Assembly: GCA_010093605.1 (NCBI GenBank)
Contig: MU004192.1
Span: 1,186,882 to 1,250,881 of the forward strand
Origin: Lophium mytilinum
Taxonomy: Eukaryota
Reading direction: 5' to 3'
DNA: 64,000 nucleotides
The translations under genes were made by a program, and so were the position numbers. The notes under the pieces were generated by a model. The model searched no databases. It had not been told where the DNA came from and worked only from the letters and a program-made list of their open reading frames with translations. Position 1 is the first letter of the stretch; each line of letters opens with the position of its first letter. Positions 1 to 12,083 of this stretch are shown piece after piece.

Positions 1-40
1 TCTAGCAGATTCCACGTTCATAGTTATTCAATTTAAACTT

Positions 41-523
41 TATGGCCACGAGGAAACGCCTGCTGCTGGCTCTACATCGAACTTCAATGCGGAAGCTCCC
101 GAGTCCGTCCCACGTATGCTCGTAAGACCAAATGGCAAAGAGAAGGCGTAAGAAGCAGAAGTACATATACCACAAGACACAGAGAGCGTGCCATTGCCGT
201 CACCGGAGGTTCTTTTCGTAGTGGAGAAGCTAGCGCAGCTTTTCGACGAAGTCCTCGGTGTTGGAAATTCACTGTCCCATAATCCTGAATGGCGATTCAC
301 TTGTGCACGGAAGCTATAAATCAGGAGACTGTGCACCAAAATAGTCGAGTCCAAGGCGAGAGATATGCTTGGGGCAAATGTGGCTCCCACAGCTCCAACG
401 AGTCGTACTTCACGGAATTCTATTGAGTTCGGCAAGGAGCTCAGGGCGAAAGCATGGGAAGCCACTGAGAAGCTCTAAGCTAGCCCTGTTGAAACGACAT
501 TATGGTCTCAGATTTGTCGATGA
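41..523 (+). pseudogene. Probable pseudogene fragment with in-frame TAA stops
   Basis: One frame (YGHEETPAAG...KEKA*EAEV...ARKL*IRRL...TEKL*ASPV...) reads like protein but is broken by TAA at 149, 317 and 476, each compatible with CAA->TAA. No family recognised. Confidence 0.35.
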
Positions 524-1301
524 GCTCAATGAACCAGACGAGGAGTTCGATCACTTTCTAGACACCCTCCCGACAACCGAGGGATGCGGCGCGGTTCTAT
601 AGCGTTACAATTGGATGGTTTAAAGTCTTTTCTTACTCTCTAATAGCCCTGAAGGCCTTCAGGAAAGTAGCATCAATCTGGACCTGATTCACGATCTCAT
701 AGCCATTAAATCTCGGTTCTGTTTCCGTGTATATGCATAAGGTGGTCAACGTGGTCAATTAGGTTCGCAGTAAGTCAGTAGTACCGTTGCAATTTGAAGA
801 TGTAGGTAAACAGCCGGAAGCAACCTAGGAGTGAAGTACGCTTTGCCAGCAACCGCTCCTTATCTCTCTGTGAAATTTCCATAAAGTTAGAAGGTAGCAA
901 TGATAGCCTCTTTGTCATTTCTAGTATCGTACCGAAACCCCATGCTCTAGCCGAATTGCGTCTGTTGAACGATCTTGTAAGCATAAACGATGAAACTCAG
1001 GTCGGCGTCATCAGCCACATCAGTGCTTCATGCCACTTTCATTCACTTAGGTCAACATTGTAAGTCCACCGCCGAAATTCAAGGGTAGACACGCAAAGAG
1101 TGTCTATTTAAGTCGCACCGTCCACTGACTTCGACTTCTTCTCGTCAACGTCATCCTCCACACCGTCCACACACCACCACCACCCATCCCCTCTTTTCAG
1201 AAACCTCGACAAACTGCACCAACTCAACGCCTCGTCCATATTGATCGCCTGTCAGCATTGTAACTGCCTCACGCGTGGTCATACCAGATCGCTAACCAGC
1301 C

Positions 1302-3497
1302 ATGGGTCCAGCAAGAGCGACGCGTCGTTCAAAACCCAAAAAACCCTCAACGAACCCACCCGTAACCCCGAGTCCTCTTCGACAAGAAACGGTTCCAGAA
1401 GGGGTCACAGCATCTGGAAAGGCCGCCAATAGTAGTACCAAGAGACCCAGTCTGTTTTCGCAACCCCTGGGATCAAGCCCTCCACTCTTCGGTCAGCAAC
1501 CCCAAGGGTACCGCCCTCTGATTTTCGGTCCAGGGTCAAACACTTCACTCTTCGGTCAGCAACCCCTAGGCCCCCGCCCTTCACTCTTCGATCAGCAACC
1601 CCAAGGGTTCCGCCCTCCGCTTTTTGGTCAACAGCCCCAAGGGTCCCGCTCTCTGCTTTTCGGTCAGCAAGTCCTAGGATCAACATCTCCTCTTTTCCCG
1701 GGACGCAGCTTCTTTAACGACCCAGAAACAACGTTCCCTTACCCAGTCCCCCCTTTGCACCTACAATCACACCCGGGTTCAAGCCCTTCAGTTGTAAATC
1801 GAGGACCAGACAGCGTTGCTCAGTCCCATCTCCCGCACTTACATTCACCTCCTGGCTCAAGCCCTCCGCTCAGCAACTCCACACCCAACGTTCTCCTCGC
1901 CCACCGCCGCTTGCAGGAAGCACAATCAATTCCTGCTTCAAGCCCTCTGTCTTCAAGCCCTCCAGGCCCCAGCACTTCAAGTTTAGTTTCGAGTAGTCGC
2001 AGTCCTACTCTGGTCAACTTCACACCTGGGCCTCCACTATTGCCTCCATATCCATTCTCAGCGGACCGTGAGTCGTCAAGTTCAGAAGAACATACGGCCT
2101 CCTCGTCGTTTCCTCAAACAGGCTCTCCTTGCTTACGTTTAGGCAACCTCTTTGGCGACATGGACCAATCTCTTCCCTCAGCGGCCGGAGAAACTGGCCC
2201 CGATTCGGATACGTCACGTGGGGTAGAACCTCCTTCTAGCGGACCAGCTGATGCATCAGCAAGCGACCGTGGCCTCGATATTTTCAGTGGACTCCGTCTA
2301 TCCGCGTTTGAGCCCGATCTTCACCCCGAGGGTCTGCAGACTGAGACTCATCGGTCCGCGTCAACATTGACAGTGAACGCCGAGGCTTCGTCGTCCACGT
2401 CGAGCACCACGAATGACACTACTACACCAGCCGAAGCTGCAAAAAACCGAACGATTGTAGAGAAAGACGCAATAGAGCTTGCGGCTCGACTATACGCAAA
2501 CATAAAGGCCTCAGATGTTCTCAAACATCTTGATGAACACTTCCCCCACGACGTCCCTCTACGACTTCGACCGGCGGCAAGAGACGTCGATATATGGGGC
2601 GAGTATAGCCTCACTCCCTTAGACGCAGAGTACGCTCAGCTCCGGACTCTTTTCGACCGGAATCACGGCTTGGCTGACAGGGCCCGAATTCTGGAACTTC
2701 TTCGTGCCGCTGTCATGCACATTCGCGAAGAATTCAACAAGGTCCGGGAGAACGGACCTGTGCGTCTTACTTCCACCGTGGTTCCATTTTCTCCCTTCCA
2801 CACTGCGTTGGGACAAAATGAATTAGATGTGCTCAATAGGATACTAGCTATGGAACAGTCAGAGCTTCTTACTCTTCGTCCAGAACAACGCAACGCGGCG
2901 ATCACTGTCAAGCATGTCGGCGGCCCCGCCATCAACGAGTTCATACGACTCGATAAGATGATGCACCAGGACCAGAGCCAAGATGATGCACCGCTGAACG
3001 AGGCTGAAGTCCATTTGATGGCATCGAAGCTGGCCCAGCACGCCAAGGAGACGCTCAAGATGTCGGAGACGCAACTCCAGATCCTCAAGCAGCGTCAGAA
3101 TATACAAGAGCTCTTCCGGAACCAACTGGTGATGGCCAAGAACTGCATTACTACAACCCGCAAACACCTCGCTGGCCGTGGTCAGAAAGCGCAACAGCGA
3201 GCCCCAGTGTTAGGCCGAACCTTCACCCCGCCCACCGTCGGACCGAACGAAGCCCATCCAGACAAAGTAGCAGAGCTCAAGCGCCTTAAGTTCCACATCT
3301 TCCTTGAGATGTCTAAATACATGCCATGCGACTGCATCATGGAGACCGTCGTCGTCGACGACGAGGTATATATACCTTCCCCGTACACTGTTGCGAAATG
3401 TTTGAAGGGTTTTGAACCGAAGCCAAATCTACTAGCTTTAGTCAAAGTCCGTCTCGAGCAAATTCTCAAAGCCTTTAACGCGAAGGCGGAGAAGTAG
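1302..3497 (+). CDS. Intronless orphan protein (731 aa): basic N-terminus, (S/P)LFGQQPQG repeats, Ser/Pro-rich linker, helical C-terminal half
   Basis: Long uninterrupted ORF preceded by a TATTTAA and a pyrimidine-rich leader. No recognised family. Confidence 0.75.
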   Translation: MGPARATRRSKPKKPSTNPPVTPSPLRQETVPEGVTASGKAANSSTKRPSLFSQPLGSSPPLFGQQPQGYRPLIFGPGSNTSLFGQQPLGPRPSLFDQQPQGFRPPLFGQQPQGSRSLLFGQQVLGSTSPLFPGRSFFNDPETTFPYPVPPLHLQSHPGSSPSVVNRGPDSVAQSHLPHLHSPPGSSPPLSNSTPNVLLAHRRLQEAQSIPASSPLSSSPPGPSTSSLVSSSRSPTLVNFTPGPPLLPPYPFSADRESSSSEEHTASSSFPQTGSPCLRLGNLFGDMDQSLPSAAGETGPDSDTSRGVEPPSSGPADASASDRGLDIFSGLRLSAFEPDLHPEGLQTETHRSASTLTVNAEASSSTSSTTNDTTTPAEAAKNRTIVEKDAIELAARLYANIKASDVLKHLDEHFPHDVPLRLRPAARDVDIWGEYSLTPLDAEYAQLRTLFDRNHGLADRARILELLRAAVMHIREEFNKVRENGPVRLTSTVVPFSPFHTALGQNELDVLNRILAMEQSELLTLRPEQRNAAITVKHVGGPAINEFIRLDKMMHQDQSQDDAPLNEAEVHLMASKLAQHAKETLKMSETQLQILKQRQNIQELFRNQLVMAKNCITTTRKHLAGRGQKAQQRAPVLGRTFTPPTVGPNEAHPDKVAELKRLKFHIFLEMSKYMPCDCIMETVVVDDEVYIPSPYTVAKCLKGFEPKPNLLALVKVRLEQILKAFNAKAEK
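1449..1700 (+). repeat. 36-bp coding tandem repeat (LFGQQPxG)
   Basis: CTCTTCGGTCAGCAACCCC-like units at 1485, 1521, 1548, 1584, 1620 and 1656. Confidence 0.9.
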
Positions 3498-5046
3498 GTG
3501 ATCTCTCGGAAGTGTGAGAAGATCAGGTTTGACTGGAAATGAAAGGTTTTCCTTTGGCATAGAGGCATTGTATGAGTCTTTCTGCCTACGACTACTGCTA
3601 AACACAGCTGTAGCACGTTAGCCTATGTAGACCTGAATGCCAATGTTTGAAGTCCTCCAATACATCATTATAAATCCAAAAATGATCTTTCTGGAAAACC
3701 GTAAAACCCACTAAGCCACCTCAGACAGTGTCATCTACTAGTACTCAGATGATTCAATGATGTGCACGCCACTGCAAGGTATGAATATGTTCGATCAGTT
3801 GTGATAGTATGGCTTATGCTCCGTCGCCTGTCCATGCTTGCTGGCTGCAGTATCCCATGCCTGATGCCCTCCAAGGGGTTGGCAAGCACTGCAACAATAC
3901 CCACCGGAAGGCTTCGGGTTGCGAGTTCTGCATATATCTACGGACAGCCATATCAAGGCTTCCTATACGTTGTATCCTACTCGCATTTCTTTTGTGTACA
4001 CCCTTCCCGCTGACCTCTACCGTCCACTCTCCAGCGGTCGTAGCGAACCTTAACGTTTTATTATAGTCTACACTGCCCTTCTGATACACAGCCCAACGTT
4101 GCTCAACGCTACAAAAAGGGATTGAGATTGTCTGTCGTGTTATAGAGGGCGTCGGTGGTGTCGAAATGTGAAGGGGTTTCGAGTTTGATGGGTGAAAGGG
4201 TCTACGTCAGTAGCGGGAGGTCAGCATAGGCTACGAATTCTGCACACTTGGCTGTGACTTGTTGGCTCATCTGCTTCTTGTCGCCTTCCAGCTGTCTTCT
4301 AGGCGAGCTCTATCGTCGTCACAGTCGTGGTCGGAGTGTAAACTGTCAGTGTCGGAATCGCGCGGAGCCAAGGAATTTGCCTTTAGGTGTGTGAAGCGGT
4401 AAAATGTAGGTACTTCCTCCTGTTTCAAACGCTGACGTCGCTCTGGAGTCCTGATTAAGTGTTTGGTATGCGCCAAAAGATAGCCAGATGCCTCTATCCT
4501 TTTACCCCTCGCGCGCTCGGCCTTGGAATCTGGGTTTTGTCGACGCCAGTGATCACGAAGATCCAGTTATCGTCCACCAATGACGCGGAAATACTCTTTC
4601 AATCACCTGCTCCCCTGCAAAGAGGTGTAGAGTCTGATTACCGTCCCCAGGCTTGGCAAACCGTCTCAAGACAATGATTGGCAGCATTCGTCGACGCCGT
4701 AAGCGTTTTTGAGGCAGCACGCCACCGGCTGTCAGCGATTTCGCAACGCACAGTCACACTTCCCCAGCGGCCAATTGAGCTCGCAATATAGCAATAATTT
4801 CGTTGTATTTGAGCGAGTGATCAATAATCTGTGGCCCTCTTGAGCGAGTGCTGAGCCTGTTCTCCGTCATCCCAAGTCTTATAAATCGAGGCTTCTGCCA
4901 ACAAACACCGCTCCACCCATGCAAAAGAAAGACTGAACTCTGTGACTTCCACCTTCATCTAACAAACGACGGCTAATGAAATGTAAAAGATATAGACAGG
5001 AACAAGAAACGAAATTTACCTTCGACCACACTTGATCGCTCTTAGC

Positions 5047-7033
5047 TTACTGGCTTGAGACGCCGTCCCAGATACCTCTCGAGACCCTCTCCAGCCCATC
5101 CGTCGTCGGGAACGCTGCCAACGTCTTCCGAAACTCCTCGATCCGCTTCAGCTTCATGATACCAAGCACCTTTCGGAGTTCTGCGAGGAACCAGCCTCGC
5201 TCCGGCATCACGTTCCCGCAGGACTCAATGCACACCACCAACACCCAGACCATGGGGTCCAAGCACCGCCTACGGGTCCACACATTGTAGTTATTCTCAA
5301 CACTGAGAGCGGCTCTGATGCGGGACAAGACCAGCCCGATCAAGCACGCCTTCGCCCTGAGGCTCCAGCGCTCACCCCCCGTCCCTACATGACGGAGTGT
5401 GGTCATCAGGTATATCTGCGCAGCATGGTCAAAGACCTGAAAGAGAGCCTCAAGCTCCGGGACGCGGTCAACGGGGCCCTCTTTGCCCATCCAGGGCTGC
5501 TCGATGCCAAGCAATAACAGACGGTGCTGCGACTCGAAGTAGGCGTTGCTGACGGCCTGCATGTCGACATCGTCGCGGAATTCGGAGGTCGTGGCTAGGC
5601 CAATTTGGTGCAGTCGGAGTACGACATCATACAAGAAAGAGCTGTTCTTTGGAAACTTCTTCAGCGTGCGCCAGGCACGGATTGATGAGTCGTCTGTAAG
5701 AGCTAGTGGGAAGGGTCGTGTGGAAGGGTACATTGGGCAAGGGAAGCTGGGAGGCGCTTGGAGAACTATGGAGACGCCGTAACTGGCCCTATTCGTCGGA
5801 GTCAGCGCGGTTCGGGTTTGAGAGATGCTGATGAGGCAGAGCAAAGTGTACGCTCGGCTACAAGATCTTTGCTTACCAGGTGATCTGCCTTTGAAGTTCA
5901 AAGTCCAGCGTCGACACGCCTCCGCGAAGGTCCACAATCCGAATCAAAGCCTCCAAATGACGCCTAGCCTCGTCCCATTCTGCACTCAGAACCTTTTCGC
6001 GTAAGCACAGATTAGCCTCTTGCGTCCAAAAGCTGGGGTATCAAAGCTTACAGATGCAGCAGCGAGATTGCTCACTGCGAACACAGTGGGTTGCGCCACA
6101 TTTCTGCCAACGGCTTGTAGGGTCTCCACCACGTTGCGCATAGCCTCGCCGTGCGCGTGCAGGGTCTTCATACTAGGTGCGGGCTGTTGCGCCATCCGAT
6201 CACGCAGCACTGATTTGATGTGCATCAAACTGTAGTTCGAGGCCTCATCAGGAGGGATCGGCTCCCAGACGAAATCGAGTGCCCATATTCCTGGTCGATG
6301 TCCTGCGCGAAGACACCCCAGTCAGTTCCTCGTTCTGTGGTCCTTTTCGGGACAAGGGCGTCACTTACCGGGCGGTGGCCGAGGGTGGATCGGGACATTT
6401 TGCAGGTCTACCAATGTGAGTATGGGAACACGATGTCGTGCATTAGCGATGAGACGTACATGGACTCGGGACTGTGCTTTGCGAGGATCCTCTGCGGACG
6501 CTCCCGCTCATATTGGGGCTTCCGGTGCCCTGGTAGCTAGCACTTGACGCCCAGATCTGCTGCTCCAGAGTGCTGGGAGCGCTGGAAGCAACAGAGCTCT
6601 TTCGAGATTGCCCTGGAGGAGGACTCTCCCATGACTTCGATCTCTTTCGTCTACTCTGCTCTTCCGGCGAGACTTCAACGGAGAGGTACTCGGACGGAGG
6701 AGAGCTCACTGGCGTCTGCCCTGCTCTGCGCTGCTGCTGCTGTTGCTGTAGGAAGTTACGCATGACATGGCTGCGGACTGTTTTCAACTTCCGTTTCGAG
6801 GTAGCTGAGTCTTCCTCTCCGGTAGTGGTAATGAATTGATACTGCGTCGAAGGTACAGGACTGGGACGGATCTGAAAGTCGGTGGCTTGCATGGGCGGGC
6901 TACTCGCAGCAGTGAATTGGAAGTCTTGGGCAGATACAGAAGTAGTCGGAGGCCCCATGAATTGGTAAGTGAAGTCGTCGGGCATATCGAATGGGCTCTT
7001 GCCGGATCCGTCGTTTGGGTTTGGTGAAGCCAT
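5047..7033 (-). CDS. Multi-exon fungal regulator with N-terminal VRSHVM motif and a probable fungal-specific transcription-factor-like C-terminal domain
   Basis: ORFs 6443-7069, 5986-6228 and 5047-5937 are co-oriented. YQFITTTG...KRKLKTVRSHVMRNFLQQ is typical of these Pezizomycotina proteins. ATG at 7033; exon boundaries approximate. Confidence 0.7.
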
Positions 7034-10000
7034 GATCCGAACTTGCTTCTTGCTGATGCGCCTATGCACGGGTGGTCGTTGGTTGACGGAACTGTGGCTG
7101 GAGATCAGTAACCTTTATACTAAGAGATGGGAAGGCATACATCATCCTGAGCGTATAGTAAATCAACGCCACCCCCAGGTACGGCTGTGGATGAGTCTGC
7201 GTGGGTGTATAGCAGATGGAGACCCTAGAATCATGAAAATTACGCTGGTGCCTTCAAACTTGTGGAGCTTCCGATCCTATAGGGTTCAAATGTGTCCAAA
7301 TGTACAGAAAGCCCCCATGCTGGAGTTGCGGCTGATGGTTGGAAGTCATTCTTTTGGACCTGCCAGCGAGAGAGGTCGCCGCACGGGCCGGCCCCTGCAG
7401 GCTTGCATGCCTGCGGTTTTGCACTCTCTGCCTGGTGCATGTCGCTATGCGCCATAGGCCGTTAGAAGCACTAGGGGCCAGCTGTGGACGGGGTAGTCCC
7501 ATCTGGCGCACATGGGGCGATTGGGTGAAGCGGCAGCGGCACACGGGCATAGGAATAGGCGGAGGAAAGGCTCACCAGCCACATGCACGGCCGTCGCTAC
7601 GCCACAGCAGGGGGCGAGTGATTGGTGCATGGTGGTTCTGGGGTCCGAGGTTCAACTACAGGGGAGTTTGCATTTCGCTGACAGGGCTCGATTCGATTAG
7701 GCGAAAGGATGGGGCCCGGCCTAGGATCGGAACCAGGCCTAGTCGGCGCCCATCCCGTCTCGATTAAGCTTGGGGATTTGGAATTTTGTTTATTGGCGGT
7801 GGAGAACACGCCAGTCTATTTCCTCGCGGCGTTGCATTCGAGCCTTGAAACAGCCGTATATCACCCTATTCGCGCGCATCAGCAAAAAACGAAGCTTCGT
7901 CGCAGAAACCCGCTCTTAAATGACGCTGGGAGACAGCACCTGGGCAGTACGCGGCTGTGCCGGCTGTTCCTGCGGCCGGGAGGGCCAAGCACAGGGGCAT
8001 CGTTTCCGTTGACATGGCATGCAATATCTCGATGCCCGATTACTCGGTAGGAATTACTTCTGGGTTCGGATTTAGACGCTGGGACACAATTATGCATAGG
8101 GCTGACAGAACATCTCTTCCTCGTGAGGCCCAATTGCTCAAAGCGCATCAGTTCTTCGTCCCTAGTAGAAGCAAAGAGAAACTAAATAAAGACACCAACA
8201 GTCTGCTCTGCGTAGAACGAGCCAATTGGTTGCGCGAACATAGTAGCCAGCGATCACACGATGGCACGGTTCACCTCTTAATTAGCATCGAAGAGCTGTT
8301 TGCTCACTGCGCCCCACCCCGACGCCCCCTCACAATTCTCGTCTGCAAGAGGAGCCGGTAAATACAACGCTAAGCGATGTTAAAATTAACTTCCTATACA
8401 AGCAAGCTCAAGGCATTGGGCGCTGGGCGTTGGACATTGAATCATCTCTTGCGATCTAAACACGGCGAGAGTGAACACTGGACAGCTTCTGACTCGACCA
8501 TCACTTCCTAAGCTTTCACGGAGCTCCACCCAACGATTCCCCCAACTACCTACTATAGCTCAGGGCGCAGGGGATCTGGATGTGGGCTCAAATAGCAAGA
8601 TCCGCAATGATGTCACTGCTCTAAAATACTCATGCTGGAATACCGCACTTGCCGCCAGTCAGAGTGAATAGGTGTCGGTCTTTTGCTCAGCTTCATACCA
8701 GGGTCGACAGCCTCCCGGTGACGGCGTAACGGGTGCAATGGACAGTCTAGTGCAGAGACCGGCTCTTCCGCTCGCACTTGCTGGTCTTTTAATTTCCAGA
8801 GTTTTTGGCGAAATAGTGGGCGAGCACGAATGCTGATGGGCGTTGACAAGACTGGGATATGATTGGCCTTCTAGGATTTACCTCTTTGGGATGCGCCATG
8901 CAGGACATGCCCCCATCCCTGCCGTAGCCACACTGGTGTCTCACCGCTCACGTGCGTTAAGCGAAAGCGAAGCCCTGCGCCATGGGCCAAGATGTGGCTG
9001 GAGACAGGGCTGGATGCCCGAGACATGATGGAACACCAGGCGTCATACATCGTGTTCTCACCTCACCGTAGACCAAGCTTTTCAGCCGCAGGCAATTCCT
9101 GCTTCTCCTATCAACTGAGTTCTGACATCAGCCACACATACCCCGCTGCACGGCCACAGCAGTCCACGACCTCACGGCAGTTGTAGCATCATTCATGACT
9201 TCGTTCCAGGGCTCCTAGTTTGATACCAGTGACTAGGCCACACCCAAGCTCTCGATGGGCTCCCCTCCTGTCAAACTTATCTCCAATACGTCAACCTCTT
9301 CCTTCGTTGCCTATCTGGCCTCGTGCTGGCGGCGTGGCCGTATTGTGCATTTTCCCAGTTCACAGAATCTCCCCGCGAAGCGGTCACAATCCCGACAGCC
9401 GATCGGCGCCACTGTTGTCAGCTCGGGTTCGCACGGCCTCAGCGTTAGCTTTGCTGAATCAACTCGGCGGCCGAGCGCGAGCGGCTCGCGGTTTGGATCC
9501 TATGCGGACTAGCGGCAACCAACTCGTTGGGACGACTGAACTTCAGTCACCGCCTCCCTTTTCGAAGAGGTCCTTTGAAGCTGAAAACTCCCGATTGAGC
9601 CCACACAGCGAAGCAACACAGCTTCTAACATCAAGGCTGTACAAGTAAAGAGTTACAGCATCATAAATGAGTCAACGCGGGTCAGCTGCGTGCCGAGAAA
9701 TCAGTACAAAGAGTACCCATTGCGCCCTCATTCTCACATCCTGTGGACATTCCGCCAAAACGAGCATTAGGAGTACTCGGTACCGATGTACGCAAAGAGT
9801 ATGGACTTCATGTAAGTGGAGCTAGTGAGGGTATCTTTGTACCGTGAAATCTGCCGCTGAAATGGCGCCTTCTTCCTGACTCGCCGCTATAATCGAAGAA
9901 GCCCCGAAAATACCGTGAGTCTCTAACGATAATATGAGCAAAAGTAAAGAAGTTTAGTTTCATTAGTATTGCTGATCAGTAGACTATGCGCAGCGGCAGG

Positions 10001-11504
10001 AAACTTCGTGGTTGCTTACTTTTATTACCTCGATCGATGCTTCGCCTGCTCAATTAGCATTCCACTAACGTTCCACGGCTGCAGCAGACTGGGGCGTTTC
10101 CTAAGCCCCTACGGAATACACAAACATCGAAAACGCCGCCGTTTGAGCATAGTCAGAATACAGCGCGACCCATAACTACTAAATCGCGTCGTCTCAATGG
10201 CCTCATCATAGCATCCCTTACGTGCGGCTGCCAGATCCATTCATTTCCCATCTCCAGCCCCAAGTTCGGCCGACGGATTTTAAAGATCCCCACCCCGAAT
10301 GCCAGGGTGGAAGCGAGGCGAAGGAGCGGAAGGATTTCAACATGCCTCATTACTCGGTCATTCTGCAGGCGCACCAACTCTAAGTGGGAAACATCAAGCC
10401 GCAATCTTGCGCGGAGTGGTGAGGCCGTAAGACAGTAGAGTTCGGAAACCCTATTTATCCGCCCCACGTGCCCGGCTACTCGAACGGGGAATATGCCCCT
10501 TGTGGCGAGACATGAGCCTCACCTACTAGGAAGAAGCTCAAGACTACAAGCCCACGCGAGTAGGTGTAGCTAGTGGACCTCAGCCTTGTCTACAATGAAT
10601 GAAGAGGAAACTGGAGGCTAGGTGAGACATGGCAGCCTTGCAAAACGACCCCAATCCACCACTGGTGTGGCGGTGCAACCTAGGGAAAATGTGGAGTGCA
10701 TGAGGCTGAGGCTGTTGTCCCACATCACTAGCCACAACCTGCCTATCTTCACTCGGAAATAGTGACATGCGCTGCTTTTCTTCCGGTATCTCGTATCGTC
10801 TTTCTGCAAGCACGTCTGCCACCGAACTAAGAGAAAGGCTACCTCCGGACGATGACGGAAGGAATCCTGCCCGTTCGCTCGAGAGGTCGCCGATGCTGTT
10901 CAATAAGTTCAATGACCACGTAGATAACGCTAGACCAGTAGAAGTTGGAGTTAGTAATCGACAAACCTTTAGCTTCGGTTACAGTACTCAACCACCGACA
11001 GTCATGTATTAGTGCTTAAGTGCATGCCTAAAGCCAGTCATCACACCTTTGCACTAGCTTCACCGGAATACCTTCTAGCTATTGAAGGAACGTTCAGCTC
11101 TACGCCAGAAAGGCTCAGACACCGCTTTCACAGCAATACCAACAGCTTTAGAGCTAGCCCCTACCGTGTCACCCTATACATGTGACCACATACCTCTTTC
11201 TCCATTCGACTTGCCGGCCCAATTCAAAGCAGCAACACATATGACGTAACAATATCATTCATATTGAGGTTGCACCCTCTCTGTCAACTCTCAGCTCTAC
11301 TCCTCTCTCACCCTCTCTTCCGTTCCGTCGCTACAAGATTTCCCTTCCTCTCATTCCTCCAGACCCTCCCTCTACCCCCTCAGCTCTGTTCACTTCTTCT
11401 TCTCTTCCATCTTCGTCATCTGCATTGCTCCTGTATGTGACTTCGCCTCAACCCTTTTCCTTGAAGGCTATATATGGTATTTTGAGTGCTGCTGGTTTGC
11501 ATGC

Positions 11505-11596
11505 GGACGATGATGAAACGCATAAGGAAATCTGTTGACCTCTGAGATGACGGAGCAGAAGTCAACATGAACGACTCGAGTTCCTAGACTGAGTCT
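11505..11596 (+). ncRNA. Box C/D snoRNA candidate (~90 nt, intronic)
   Basis: Box C ATGATGA at 11510-11516, internal CTGA (D') at 11542-11545, box D CTGA at 11589-11592, short terminal stem GGAC/GTCT. Confidence 0.55.
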
Positions 11597-11924
11597 CCAG
11601 CAGAGTTGATGATTCTGTTCACGTATACACAGTAGCTTTATGCTTTTATCTCCTCTACTCAATTGAGAAGGTTCCGGCGTTGTTACTCCTCGTGGTGATA
11701 TTTCGCGTCGCATTTTCGGGTCAAATGTGGCTTAGCGTTTTGAATTCCATGTTAGTCCAGGGTCAGTCTGCCCCGTCACCTCAACCTTTCTTGGTTCAGT
11801 CTCGATCCATGGCAACACATCCCGTACTAGTGATCTTCCTTCCCATCCCGTTAATCTATCGTTCCTTCCGCCACACTTCGAGCCGTGGCCTCGGGCCTGG
11901 GTCTTAGCTGCCGTCGATCAACAT

Positions 11925-12083
11925 AGAGCATTTCCCCGCAGAACTGAATCGATCACAGGAACCTACGCACGTGCATCTGTAGTGCCAGTCTACCGGTTCG
12001 CAAACGCCCACGGAAGGATTGTGGGGTGCTTGTTGCACCCTCGGGCATCAGACGCTTGGTGCTCACGTGACCTAGCAACATAC
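11925..12083 (+). ncRNA. H/ACA-like RNA 3' portion (candidate; 5' end not defined)
   Basis: ANANNA box (AGAGCA, 11925-11930). A hairpin TGCT...GGGCATCA/TGGTGCTC...AGCA (12027-12077) is followed directly by ACA plus 3 nt, just before the branch point. Confidence 0.35.

Noticed and set aside
7100..11200. Many short overlapping ORFs
   Set aside because: No recognisable motifs or consistent exon chain; probably promoter and intergenic DNA.
11600..12083. Telomerase RNA, RNase P/MRP or snR30 identity
   Set aside because: No CCCTAA template, no paired P4 motifs and no correctly ordered m1/m2 motifs were found.
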